Assembly (NCBI GenBank): GCA_947627155.1
Contig: CANQUX010000004.1
Span: 22,889 to 86,888, forward strand
Direction: 5' to 3'
DNA: 64,000 nt
Source of the DNA: an uncultured Alphaproteobacteria bacterium
GTDB taxonomy: Bacteria > Pseudomonadota > Alphaproteobacteria > CAAHEQ01 > UBA3637
This document shows positions 55,093-64,000 of this stretch, piece by piece. The notes under the pieces are model-generated. The model had not been told where the DNA came from. It saw only the letters and a list, made by a program, of their open reading frames with translations, and did not search any database. The position numbers and the translations under genes were made by a program. The stretch's first letter is position 1, and each line of letters begins with the position of its first letter.

Positions 55093-55530
55093 TCATTTTT
55101 CCCCCTATCGGCCCATAGCGATGCGCTACTTTTCGCAGCGCATCACACCCGCCGATAGGGGGAAAAAAGAGTGCCGCATTACTTCTTGCACCCGCCGATA
55201 GAGGGGAAATATCGTCAGCAACATTTAAAAAAAGCATAGTTTTCCTGCCATTTTCTTATTTTCGGCACACCGCGCTATCCCACGTTTCACGGGATAGCAC
55301 TTCCCGCCGAAAATAAGAGAAAGTGTCAAAACAACATGTCTTTTATCATTTTACTCCACCGAATTGTCTGATTTTCGGCACATAGCGGAGCGGCACAGTT
55401 GCGCCGCTCCACATCCGCCGAGAATGAGAGACAGAGACACAATTTCCGTTCTCTGCCTTTCTTAATTTTCGGCACACCGCGTCGGCGCATATTCCACGCG
55501 CCGCCACTTCCCGCCGAAAATTAAGAAAGA
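55093..55530. repeat. Right array of the same MITE-like repeat families, in inverted orientation relative to the left array.
   Basis: Family B inverted at 55101-55163, plus a partial copy at 55191-55209. Family A inverted at 55256-55318 (the central loop differs), with a variant at 55461-55525. Family C inverted at 55373-55424 ('GGAGCGGCACAGTTGCGCCGCTCCACATCCGCCGAG'). Confidence 0.6.
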
Positions 55531-55552
55531 AAGCGAATACAATCGCCGCTCC

Positions 55553-55755
55553 AAAAAATAAATGTCGGCCGAAAATAAATGAAGAGCCGAATATATTACC
55601 TTTAAAAAATAAATGTCGGCCGAAAATAAATGAAAAGCCGAATATGCTTCCTCAAAACAAATTTTTAATTGCCGAATTTGTGGTTGTGCGGAAATCGGAT
55701 CTTCAAACAAATTTTTAATTGCCGAATTTGTTGCTGCGCGGAAATCCGACCGGCG
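55553..55755. repeat. Two adjacent ~50 bp tandem duplications; the second duplicates the 3' end of parC.
   Basis: Unit X: AAAAAATAAATGTCGGCCGAAAATAAATGAA(G/A)AGCCGAATAT, twice (55553-55602 and 55604-55653). Unit Y: AAACAAATTTTTAATTGCCGAATTTGT..GCGGAAATC.GA, twice (55656-55705 and 55706-55755). The second Y copy contains the parC stop codon and last codons (..KFGN*). The first Y copy would encode ..HKFGN*. Confidence 0.6.
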
Positions 55756-57937
55756 GAATTTTACCCACCGTTGCCCGCTTGGCAAGCCAAAGCTCAATGT
55801 TGCGCTCAATACGCGTGCCGTTGCCCGAGGGGAAAGATAATCCGTCGGCCAAATTAAAGAATTTCACATCGGAAAGCTTGGCCTCCTGATAGCGTTGCAA
55901 AATCACGCCGTTGGAGCGCGCCATAACGGGAATTTCTTCCGTTTTAAACACAATCATTTTGCGATTGGTGCCGATAACGGCAATATGATCACCCGTAACG
56001 GGTTTGCAAAGGATGGCTTTATCGTTATCGGACAAATTGAGAATAATTTTACCGGCACGCGTTTGCGCAATCACATCGGACGCGGCAACAATAAAGCCTT
56101 TACCGTTTTGCGAGGCCACCAACAGTTTTTGAGCGGCATCGTAAGGCAACAGCGCGACAATGTCGGCTTCTTGGGCAATATCGACCGACAGACGCAACGG
56201 CTCGCCAAACCCGCGCCCGCCCGCTATGTTATTGCCTAACAGCGTGTAAAACCGTCCGTTTGTGGTGAAAATTAAAATATTATCGGTGGTATAAGTTTTT
56301 AACACGGCTTTAAGCGAATCGCCCTCTTTAAACTTTAAGTCGGAAGAAATGTCAACATGCCCTTTCACGGCACGAATCCACCCTTGCTTGGATAACACAA
56401 TCGTAATCGGTTCGCGCTCAATCATGGCTTCAATGGAAATTTTCACTTCTTCGGGCGCATCGGTCACTTGTGTTCGACGCGCTCCGAGCGCTGTTTTTTG
56501 CCCGAACGCTTTTTGAATGACTTTAATTTCTTCGGCAAGCTTTTTAACCCGTAAAGCGGTATTATTTACAAGCTTTTCCAATTCCTGCTTTTCATTTGAC
56601 AGCGTTTCATATTCGTTTTTCAGTTGCGCTTCTTCCAGCTTTCTCAAACTTCTTAACCGCATATTCAAAACAGCTTCCGCTTGAATATCGCTTAATGAAA
56701 ATTCTTGCATGAGCCGCGGTTTCGGTTCATCTTCATTGCGAATAATTTCAATCACGCGATCTAAATTTAAATAAGTGATTAAAAAGCCTTGCAAAAGCTC
56801 CATTCGGTGCCTGATTTTGTCCAGCCGATATTGCGAGCGACGCACCAACACAATATCCCGATGTTTTAAGTAGGCAACCAACACTTCTTTTAAACTCATA
56901 ACGCGCGGGGTATGATCGGCATCAAGCACATTCATGTTGAGATTGAAGTTAATTTGCAAATCGGTGTTTTTGAACAAATGTTCCATCAGCTGTTCGGGCA
57001 GAACGGAGCGGGATTTCGGCTCTAACACCAAACGAACGACATCGGACGATTCGTCACGAATATCAGCCAACAGCGGCAGCTTTTTTTCGGACAGCAGCTT
57101 TGCAATGCGCATCACCAAATCTGATTTTTGAATGCCGTAGGGAATTTCGGTAACAACAATTTGATATTGCCCGTGCGATAACTCTTCTTTTTCCCATTTC
57201 GCACGCACTTTCATGGCGCCGCGCCCCTCTTGATAAACTTTAATAATGTTTTGACGACTTTCCGCCAAAATACCGCCCGTGGGAAAATCGGGTCCTTGAA
57301 TATATTGAATTAAATCGGCCGTTGAGGCTTCGGGATATTTTAATAAATGCAACAGCGCATCGCAAATTTCGCCCACGTTATGCGGCGGAATGTTGGTGGC
57401 CATACCCACGGCAATGCCCGATGAGCCGTTCGCCAATAAATTCGGAAAGGCGGCCGGCATAACCGACGGTTCTTCTTCTTCACCGTCATACGTTTTATCA
57501 AAATCAACGGCGTTATCCTCCAAGCCGTCCATCAGTGCAACGGCAACCGCCGTTAAGCGCGCTTCCGTATAACGCATGGCGGCGGCTTTATCGCCGTCAA
57601 TGTTGCCGAAATTGCCTTGCCCGTCCACCAACGGATAACGTACGGCAAAATCTTGCGCCAAACGCACCATGGCTTCGTAAACGGACGTATCACCGTGCGG
57701 GTGATATTTACCGATAACATCTCCCACCACGCGCGCGCATTTTTTAAAGCCCGAAACCGGATCCAGTTTCAGTTGGCGCATGGCATATAATAATCGGCGA
57801 TGCACCGGTTTTAAGCCGTCACGCACATCGGGAAGCGAGCGCGCCACAATGGTTGACATGGCATAAGCCAAATAGCGTTCCGAAAGCGCATCGGCCAGTT
57901 TTGTTTCACGGATATTTTCAATGTTTTCCATACTCAT
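55715..57937 (-). CDS. parC: DNA topoisomerase IV subunit A (type IIA topoisomerase A subunit; ParC preferred over GyrA because it is 740 aa).
   Basis: '[19 protein letters not shown]'. The active-site region '[10 protein letters not shown]' contains the catalytic Tyr. There is no long GyrA-type C-terminal extension. Confidence 0.8.
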   Translation of the reverse strand: MSMENIENIRETKLADALSERYLAYAMSTIVARSLPDVRDGLKPVHRRLLYAMRQLKLDPVSGFKKCARVVGDVIGKYHPHGDTSVYEAMVRLAQDFAVRYPLVDGQGNFGNIDGDKAAAMRYTEARLTAVAVALMDGLEDNAVDFDKTYDGEEEEPSVMPAAFPNLLANGSSGIAVGMATNIPPHNVGEICDALLHLLKYPEASTADLIQYIQGPDFPTGGILAESRQNIIKVYQEGRGAMKVRAKWEKEELSHGQYQIVVTEIPYGIQKSDLVMRIAKLLSEKKLPLLADIRDESSDVVRLVLEPKSRSVLPEQLMEHLFKNTDLQINFNLNMNVLDADHTPRVMSLKEVLVAYLKHRDIVLVRRSQYRLDKIRHRMELLQGFLITYLNLDRVIEIIRNEDEPKPRLMQEFSLSDIQAEAVLNMRLRSLRKLEEAQLKNEYETLSNEKQELEKLVNNTALRVKKLAEEIKVIQKAFGQKTALGARRTQVTDAPEEVKISIEAMIEREPITIVLSKQGWIRAVKGHVDISSDLKFKEGDSLKAVLKTYTTDNILIFTTNGRFYTLLGNNIAGGRGFGEPLRLSVDIAQEADIVALLPYDAAQKLLVASQNGKGFIVAASDVIAQTRAGKIILNLSDNDKAILCKPVTGDHIAVIGTNRKMIVFKTEEIPVMARSNGVILQRYQEAKLSDVKFFNLADGLSFPSGNGTRIERNIELWLAKRATVGKIPPVGFPRSNKFGN

Positions 57938-58094
57938 AAGGCTTATTTATAAAGCAAAGCGCTCAAAAACGCAAGCTTTTTTTAGCCTTTTTGTATTTTT
58001 TTCGGTGTGTTTTTTATTCTTTTGACTTTTGTTTTAAATTTTCTGCTTGCCAATTTCAAAAGAATTGTGTAATCTGAAAAAAAGGATTTTTTTA

Positions 58095-58586
58095 ATGAAA
58101 AGATTTTTGTTGATTTTGGTGTTATTCGTCAGTTTTTCCGCTTTTGCAGAGGAAGAAGTAACGCCGATCGGGCATTTTTCCGCCTGGCGTGCTTATAAGG
58201 GCGTGCAAAACGGACAAACTACCTGCTATATGGCGGCAACGCCTTTAAGAAGCAGTCAAAAAAGAGAGGATGCGTATTTAATGATTGCCCGTCACAAGGA
58301 AGCCAAAAAATATAATGAAATTGTTGTTTATTTGGGGGCGCCGTATCATAAAAACAGTCAGCCGACAATCGGGGTCGACAATCAAAAAGCGGTGGCGCTG
58401 GTGCCGTCGGGAGATAAGGCATGGGTTAAATCAACAACCGATGAAAGCAACTTAATTTCAAAAATGATTGAAGGGAATATTGTTCGGGTGACCGGTAAAT
58501 CGGCGCGCGGTACCGTTTTAAAAGACAGTTATTCTTTAAAAGGCTTTACCAAGGCGCTTGAAGCCGTTACCAAAGAATGTCCGTAA
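58095..58586 (+). CDS. Secreted protein, possibly IalB-like (invasion-associated locus B family).
   Basis: Signal peptide 'MKRFLLILVLFVSFSAFA'. 'FSAWRAYKGVQNGQTTCYMAATP' has the W...C pattern of IalB-like proteins. 163 aa. This is a weak assignment. Confidence 0.4.
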   Translation: MKRFLLILVLFVSFSAFAEEEVTPIGHFSAWRAYKGVQNGQTTCYMAATPLRSSQKREDAYLMIARHKEAKKYNEIVVYLGAPYHKNSQPTIGVDNQKAVALVPSGDKAWVKSTTDESNLISKMIEGNIVRVTGKSARGTVLKDSYSLKGFTKALEAVTKECP

Positions 58587-58595
58587 GAGAGAAAA

Positions 58596-59651
58596 ATGAA
58601 AAAAGAATTGATCGGATTGGGGTTTGACGATTTAAAAAAAGAACTGGTTAGTTTGGGCGAGCAGCCGTTTCGCGCTAAACAGCTGTGGCATTGGATTTAT
58701 CATAAAGGCGAAACGGATTTTTTTAAAATGACAACGCTGGCCAAGCCGTTTCAAAGTCGGTTGAATGAATTATATACGGTTACGCATCCGAAAATTGTGA
58801 CCGAGCAAAATTCGGTGGACGGGACTCGAAAATGGCTGATGGAATTTGCCGATGAAAAACAAGTCGAATGTGTTTACATTCCCGAATCGGATCGCGGCGC
58901 TGTTTGTATTTCAACGCAGGTCGGTTGTGCGCAAGGGTGTCGTTTTTGTCATACGGGCACGCAAAAAATGATGCGGAATTTAACGGCAGGTGAAATTGTC
59001 GGACAATTTATGTCGGCGCGTGACAGTTACGGCGAATGGCCGACGCCGACTGATGAAACGCGGTATTTATCAAATATTGTCGTGATGGGAATGGGTGAAC
59101 CGTTATGTAATTTCGAAAACTTAAAAACCGCGCTTCTGATTGCCACAAACGGTGACGGATTATCCGTTTCGAAACGACGCGTAACCGTGTCCACATCGGG
59201 CATTGCGCCTTATATTCCGCAGTTGGCCGATTTAGGCGTTAAATTGGCGGTGAGTTTACATGCGCCGAATAACGAAATTCGCAGTCAGATTATGCCCGTC
59301 AATCGCAAATATCCGCTGGAAGTGTTGATTGAGGCTTGTAAAGAATATCAAAAACGGTGTGAACGACGGCAGTTTATTACCATGGAATATGTGCTGTTAA
59401 AAGATATTAACGATCAACCGAAACATGCCGAAGAATTAATGAAACTTGTTGACGGGTTGGAAGTGAAGTTTAATTTAATTCCGTTCCATTATTGGGAAGG
59501 AGCGCCGTTTGAGCCGTCAAGCAATAATGCAATTCATCGGTTTGCCAAAATTTTGGAAAGCCATTATTTCGCCGCACCGATTCGGCGGTCGCGCGGGGAG
59601 GATATTATGGCTGCCTGCGGTCAGCTGAAATCAATTAAAGGAAAAATGTAA
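58596..59651 (+). CDS. rlmN: Radical-SAM 23S rRNA (A2503-C2)/tRNA methyltransferase RlmN.
   Basis: 'STQVGCAQGCRFCHTG' (the CxxxCxxC radical-SAM cluster). 'GMGEPLCNFENL'. Conserved C-terminal Cys in 'MAACGQL'. Confidence 0.85.
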   Translation: MKKELIGLGFDDLKKELVSLGEQPFRAKQLWHWIYHKGETDFFKMTTLAKPFQSRLNELYTVTHPKIVTEQNSVDGTRKWLMEFADEKQVECVYIPESDRGAVCISTQVGCAQGCRFCHTGTQKMMRNLTAGEIVGQFMSARDSYGEWPTPTDETRYLSNIVVMGMGEPLCNFENLKTALLIATNGDGLSVSKRRVTVSTSGIAPYIPQLADLGVKLAVSLHAPNNEIRSQIMPVNRKYPLEVLIEACKEYQKRCERRQFITMEYVLLKDINDQPKHAEELMKLVDGLEVKFNLIPFHYWEGAPFEPSSNNAIHRFAKILESHYFAAPIRRSRGEDIMAACGQLKSIKGKM

Positions 59652-59735
59652 TCAATTTATTGCCTTTGCATCGAATGAATGATTCTTTCAAAAAATAAAG
59701 TTGATTTTTTAATGAAGAACATTTATATTTAAGGC

Positions 59736-60722
59736 ATGGAATTTTTATGGCCGGTTGTTTTTTTGCTGTTACCGCTGCCGCTTGTTTTTCGGTGGCTGTT
59801 AAAGCCTGATTTATCCGCGCAACAAGCCCGTATTCAAGCGTTGCGGGTGCCGTTTTTTCAACAAATTCGCTCCTTTGCCTTAACCGGCGAAACGGCGCAT
59901 CGTGCCTCGGCAAAATGGCCTTTAATTTTGTTTTGGATTTGTTGCGTGCTATCGGCTGCGCGACCCGTTTGGTACGGACAGGCTCAAACAATCACGCAAA
60001 ACGTGCGAAACATTGTGTTGGCACTTGATGCGTCCGGCTCAATGCAGGAGCAGGATTTTGATATCAATAACAATCCCGTCAGTCGGCTGAATTTGGTGAA
60101 ACTGTTGGTTGATGATTTTTTGCAAAAACGGCAGGGTGATGAAATATCGCTGGTTATTTTCGGCAGTGAGGCTTATACCTATACGCCGTTAACCTACGAT
60201 ATGAAAACCTTGCGGCAGTTGTTGAGCGAAATTGATGTCGGCATTGCGGGTGAAATGACGGCCATCGGTGATGCGTTGGCATTAAGTGTTGCCAATGCGG
60301 GTAAAGTGCCGGCGGAAAGTCGGATTGTGATTTTGTTGTCGGACGGAACGGCCAATGCAGGTGTTGTCAATGTGCAGGAAGCCGTTAAAATGGCCAAAAA
60401 GGCCGGTGTGAAAGTTTATACCATCGGTGTGGGGTCTTCGCCCGTGATGATGCGCTCGTTTATGGGGTTTCGGCAGTTGGTAAATCCGGCAGCCGATTTA
60501 GATGAGCAAACGTTGACGGAAATTGCCGAACAAACCGGCGGAAAATATTTTCGGGCGAAAACAAGTCAGGATTTAAAGGAAATTTACGAAACCATTAACG
60601 CGTTGGAGCCCGTTCAAAATGACGGTGTGTTGTTTCGTCCGCGAACGGAGTTGTTTTATGTGCCGCTTTTATTGGCGTTTTTATTTTTAACGCTTGCCGT
60701 TATTCAAAGGAGGGGTGTATGA
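59736..60722 (+). CDS. batA: vWA-domain membrane protein BatA (aerotolerance operon).
   Basis: Two N-terminal TM segments ('MEFLWPVVFLLLPLPLVF'). vWA MIDAS 'LALDASGSM'. C-terminal TM segment. It overlaps the next vWA gene by 4 nt. Confidence 0.75.
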   Translation: MEFLWPVVFLLLPLPLVFRWLLKPDLSAQQARIQALRVPFFQQIRSFALTGETAHRASAKWPLILFWICCVLSAARPVWYGQAQTITQNVRNIVLALDASGSMQEQDFDINNNPVSRLNLVKLLVDDFLQKRQGDEISLVIFGSEAYTYTPLTYDMKTLRQLLSEIDVGIAGEMTAIGDALALSVANAGKVPAESRIVILLSDGTANAGVVNVQEAVKMAKKAGVKVYTIGVGSSPVMMRSFMGFRQLVNPAADLDEQTLTEIAEQTGGKYFRAKTSQDLKEIYETINALEPVQNDGVLFRPRTELFYVPLLLAFLFLTLAVIQRRGV

Positions 60723-62563
60723 TATTTTTGCGCCCGTGGGCCTTTTTGTTGTTACTTGTTTTGCCCGTTTTATATCGGTTGGCAAAGCGTTATGAAACAA
60801 TTTCAAACCCGTGGCATAAATATGTTGATGCCGTATTTTTAAAATATTTAACCGTGGGCGAAAAGGGTGTTCGGCAGTCATCGGCTCTGAAATATATTGT
60901 GCCGTTCGTGTGGATTTTAATGACCGTTGCTTTATCCGGCCCCGCTTTTGAAAAATTGCCCGTTGCCGGTACCGAAAATGCATCGCCCACGGTTTTAATT
61001 GTTGATTTAAATGCGCTTAATCAGGAAAAATCAACCTTATTGCAAATTAAACTCTATGAATTAACGGAGGCATTGAAAGAAAACAATGTCGGCTTGGTGT
61101 TATATGATACCAAAGGTTATGTTGCTGCTCCGTTAACGGCCGATAAAGAATTGATTAAGGCTCTCATTCCCTCGTTAAAACAAAATATTATGCCCGATCA
61201 GGGAAATCGGTTGGAAAAAGGCATTGAAAAGGCCATAGAGTTGTTTCAAAACACACAAAATAAATCGGGACGCATTCTCATTTTAACCGGCGGTACGCCC
61301 GATATTGAAAAAGCAAAAGCGGCGCTTCAAAATCAGCCCTATACCGTGGGTATTTTGGGATTGGGAGAGGCAACGCCCACGCCCGTTTTAACGCGCGACG
61401 GTGCTTTTTTGCGAGATTTGAACGGACAGCTTGTGTTGGCCGCGCCCGATAAGAAGCAGCTGGAAAAATTAGGCGTTTATCGGCAAACAACACCGAGCGG
61501 GGAAGAAATTAAGCAATTGATTGATCAAACAAATCCGCTTACGGATTTATTTTCAAAATCAACCGAATCGCCGTTGTTAAAGCCCGATGTTTGGCACGAT
61601 TTAGGCGTTTATGTGGTCTGCGCGGCTTTGCCGTTTATGGCATTGTTGTTTCGAAAGGGCGTTTTCTTTTTGCTGATAACGGCTTTGGGGCTTGGTTTGT
61701 CGGGTGAGGCTTTTGCGGGATTGTGGCTTCGAGCGGATCAGGAAAATTATCGCGCGCTTAAAGAAGCCAATCAATTATATCGTCAAGGATCGTATGAAGA
61801 AGCACTTCGGCAGTATGAAACGGTGCCTTCGGCAGAAGCGCTTTATAATAAAGCTAATGCGTTGGCACATTTAAAGTCGTATCAGGAAGCTGTTGATTTA
61901 TACGGGCAGGTGTTGAAAGAAAATCCCAATCATGAGGACGCCGCTTTTAATAAAAAATATTTGGAAGAGCAATTAAAGCAAAATCAGGCGCAATCAACCG
62001 CTCAAAACAGCGATTCGCAAGAGAAAAATCAGTCGGATAAATCGGATCAATCGGATGAAGCAAATCAATCAGACCAATCAGACCAATCCGACTCGTCCGA
62101 TCAATCGGATAAGGCGCAAAATCAATCTGCCGAGCAAAATGAGAAAAACGAACAGCCTGACGAGTCGAAACAAAATCAATCGGAGCAAGAGCAAAACGAA
62201 CAAAACAATCAGCAAAATCAATCGGAGAAAGAGAAAAATGAGCAAAATGAACAGCAAAATCAATCAGAGAATGCGTCGCAAAACAAAGACGATTCTTCCG
62301 ATTTGAAAGAGGAACAAAATCAAGAACAAAAAGCCGATTCACCATCAAACGAAACAGATGAAAATCAGGCAAGCGAGTCTTCTGCCGCAACCGGTGAGGA
62401 AACGCAATCGGACAGGCCTGATGCCGGTGCTGCCGTCGGCGAAGAAGCGGAAAATCCGTCCGATGAGCCGGATCAGGAAACGCAGCAAATTATCAATCGG
62501 TTGCAAAAAGATCCCGCGCGCGTGTTGCGCTATCGGTTGCGTCGGCAATATTTAAGTATGTAA
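60719..62563 (+). CDS. batB: vWA plus TPR protein BatB (BatB/BatC-like fusion) with a long acidic Gln/Ser/Asp/Glu tail.
   Basis: N-terminal TM segments, a vWA-like region, and TPR units ('YNKANALAHLKSYQEAVDLYGQVLKENPNHEDAAFN'). The tail is 'QSDQSDQSDSSDQSDKAQNQSAEQNEKNEQ...'. Confidence 0.65.
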   Translation: MIFLRPWAFLLLLVLPVLYRLAKRYETISNPWHKYVDAVFLKYLTVGEKGVRQSSALKYIVPFVWILMTVALSGPAFEKLPVAGTENASPTVLIVDLNALNQEKSTLLQIKLYELTEALKENNVGLVLYDTKGYVAAPLTADKELIKALIPSLKQNIMPDQGNRLEKGIEKAIELFQNTQNKSGRILILTGGTPDIEKAKAALQNQPYTVGILGLGEATPTPVLTRDGAFLRDLNGQLVLAAPDKKQLEKLGVYRQTTPSGEEIKQLIDQTNPLTDLFSKSTESPLLKPDVWHDLGVYVVCAALPFMALLFRKGVFFLLITALGLGLSGEAFAGLWLRADQENYRALKEANQLYRQGSYEEALRQYETVPSAEALYNKANALAHLKSYQEAVDLYGQVLKENPNHEDAAFNKKYLEEQLKQNQAQSTAQNSDSQEKNQSDKSDQSDEANQSDQSDQSDSSDQSDKAQNQSAEQNEKNEQPDESKQNQSEQEQNEQNNQQNQSEKEKNEQNEQQNQSENASQNKDDSSDLKEEQNQEQKADSPSNETDENQASESSAATGEETQSDRPDAGAAVGEEAENPSDEPDQETQQIINRLQKDPARVLRYRLRRQYLSM

Positions 62564-62572
62564 AGGACAAAC

Positions 62573-64000
62573 ATGAAAAAATTATTTTTAGGATTACTTC
62601 TTGTGTCGGGGCAGGCTTTGGCGGCGCCGACAATGACGCTTTCAACGCAAACGCCGCAAATCGGCGAACAAATGCAAATTATTTTTGAAGATACGCAACC
62701 GATCGGACAATTGCCCGATTTAAGCGCTTTGCAAACGCATTTTGTTGTGCGCGGACAGCAAAGTGCTTTTAATACCAGCATTATTAACGGCGTTCAATCG
62801 CAATCACACCGCTTGATTTTATCGGTTTTTCCGAAAGAAGTCGGAACGTTCTCCGTCGGACCGTTTGAAATCAATCAAACGCAATTGCCGGCACAAACGG
62901 TGACGGTATCGGAACAAGCGGCAATGCCTGTCGCATCTTCAAACGCCTCCGATGCCGCACAACAAACAATGCCGGATTCTTTGTTTCAGGTAGAAGCGCA
63001 AATTGAGCCGAAAGAAATATATATCGGCGAAACGGCTTTATATTCGGTTCGGTTTACGGAAAATATCGGCTTAACGCAGGCACAGGTTGAAATGCCGGAA
63101 GATGAAAATTTCACGTTTACTTTGTCCGGTGAGGATAAAATGGGGCGAACGCTCGTTCAAAATCAGCCGGCACGCTTTTTTGAAAGAAATTTTTTGTTAA
63201 CGCCCAAACAAAGCGGTGATTTTACCGTTCCGCCGGCGGCGGTTATCGGCTATTTACCCGATAAAAACTTTAAATCCTCCCGTTTGGGATTTCCGGACTT
63301 GTTCGGGCAAGATCCTTTTTTTGATGCGGCTTTCGGATTGCCGCAAAAAGAAGTTTATCGGCAGTCACAACCAATTCGCTTAACCGTTCTGCCCAAGCCC
63401 GATAATTGGAAAGGCTGGTGGTTACCTTCCCGAAAAGTCACGCTTTCTCAAACGTATCAATGGCCGCAAACGGTGAAAGTCGGGCAGCCGATTGAACGGC
63501 GCGTTCGTTTGCAGGCATCAGGTGTTGAAGGACATCAGTTGCCGTTGTTGGTTCAGCCGGCCGGGCAGGGATTGAAAGTTTATGCCAATCCCGATCAACG
63601 CGGACAAATGACAACCGCGGAAGGGTTAACGGGGTATGAAGAAATGACGTTTGTGTTGGTTCCGACCGAATCGGGGAAAATGACCATACCGGAAATAAAA
63701 GTTTCATGGTTTAATACAAAAGAGAAAAAGGGAGAAACGGCTCTTTTACCGGCCAAAGAAATAACGGTGGAAGCCGATTCGCAAGGCGGGGTTATGCAAA
63801 CGCAAAATCAAACACCGCCCGCTAGCGGCCAACCTGATGCGATAAAACCGAAAGCCTCGATTCAAGCACCAAATCAAACTCCCAAAACACTTCAACCGAC
63901 ACTTTCTCCGACGGTACGGTATTTTCTGATCGGCGGCTTCGGATTTTTGTTTTTATTGATTTGTATCGGCAGCGGTATTTACTTGTCCAGACGGCGGCGA
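62573..64000 (+). CDS. batD: BatD-like oxygen-tolerance protein, with its 3' end outside the window.
   Basis: RBS AAGGA, then ATG at 62573. Signal peptide 'MKKLFLGLLLVSGQALAAP'. The frame is open for 476 codons to the window edge. There is a C-terminal TM segment ('YFLIGGFGFLFLLICIGSGIYL'), as in BatD. Confidence 0.55.
   Translation, partial: MKKLFLGLLLVSGQALAAPTMTLSTQTPQIGEQMQIIFEDTQPIGQLPDLSALQTHFVVRGQQSAFNTSIINGVQSQSHRLILSVFPKEVGTFSVGPFEINQTQLPAQTVTVSEQAAMPVASSNASDAAQQTMPDSLFQVEAQIEPKEIYIGETALYSVRFTENIGLTQAQVEMPEDENFTFTLSGEDKMGRTLVQNQPARFFERNFLLTPKQSGDFTVPPAAVIGYLPDKNFKSSRLGFPDLFGQDPFFDAAFGLPQKEVYRQSQPIRLTVLPKPDNWKGWWLPSRKVTLSQTYQWPQTVKVGQPIERRVRLQASGVEGHQLPLLVQPAGQGLKVYANPDQRGQMTTAEGLTGYEEMTFVLVPTESGKMTIPEIKVSWFNTKEKKGETALLPAKEITVEADSQGGVMQTQNQTPPASGQPDAIKPKASIQAPNQTPKTLQPTLSPTVRYFLIGGFGFLFLLICIGSGIYLSRRRR

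Noticed and set aside
62055-62390. ORFs on both strands within the BatB acidic tail (83, 61, 147 and 65 aa).
   Set aside because: They are shadow frames of the QSDQSD-encoding tandem repeat. The plus-strand BatB frame is continuous and is supported by the vWA and TPR motifs upstream.

Overview
This 64 kb window looks like host-associated alphaproteobacterial chromosome. The evidence for that is a def-fmt-truA cluster, an alphaproteobacteria-like ClpB N-terminus, three tandem ankyrin-repeat genes, a Sel1-repeat protein and a BatA/BatB/BatD aerotolerance operon. GC content is roughly 45% by eye.

The window is densely coding: about 60 CDS, two tRNAs (Leu-TAA on the minus strand, Asn-GTT on the plus strand) and several clean intrinsic terminators.

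Core genes are clpB, truA, fmt, def, thpR/ligT-like, queA, msrAB, an ogt-like gene, pgpA, parC-like, rlmN, batABD, a Pal-like OmpA lipoprotein, an SPFH protein, a MATE transporter, a MarC family protein, a SPOR-domain protein and an M50 protease.

The accessory content is the interesting part:
- A compact one-strand operon at nt 1-9708 looks like an R64/PAPI-1-type type IVb pilus machine: a PilL/TcpQ-like lipoprotein, a lipoprotein secretin, PilO- and PilP-like proteins, a GspE-family ATPase with a ~320 aa disordered N-terminal extension, and a GspF-like platform protein. It carries no pilin and no prepilin peptidase.
- Three dispersed pilin genes share a noncanonical class-III leader, G|RSMVEML, with Arg at +1. 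One encodes a short major-pilin-like protein (about 146 aa). Two encode ~460 aa modular pilins in which the pilin domain is fused to a divergent Cys-rich stalk and a conserved C-terminal domain with a lectin-like WWSAxRFCE motif, i.e. PilV-like tip adhesin candidates.
- Each pilin gene sits downstream of the same operator-like element. It is a nested palindrome: GTGTTGCA, a short spacer, AAACGTACGTTT, a short spacer, then TGCAAC. The two adhesin genes additionally share a conserved TTGCAT-N17 promoter box.
- The second adhesin gene, with its promoter, is bracketed by two arrays of about 60 bp MITE-like palindromic repeats, three families in all. The same families occur in opposite orientation in the two arms, which suggests a potentially invertible or mobilisable 3 kb cassette. 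No recombinase or transposase is visible.
- A tandem trio of paralogous polytopic membrane proteins carries an N-terminal CW(F/P)C motif and Gly/Ser/Gln-rich tails, next to tRNA-Leu. The architecture is reminiscent of tandem VirB6/TrbL paralogs of Rickettsiales-type type IV secretion systems, but this is unverified.
- There is a family of Gln/Pro-repeat proteins sharing a novel ~130 aa domain, and a candidate sRNA with a good sigma70 promoter and a strong terminator.
- An HD-domain gene is split by a single in-frame TAA.
- Two ~50 bp tandem duplications are present, one of them duplicating the 3' end of parC.

All functional calls are from motif-level reading of the translated ORFs. No database search was possible.
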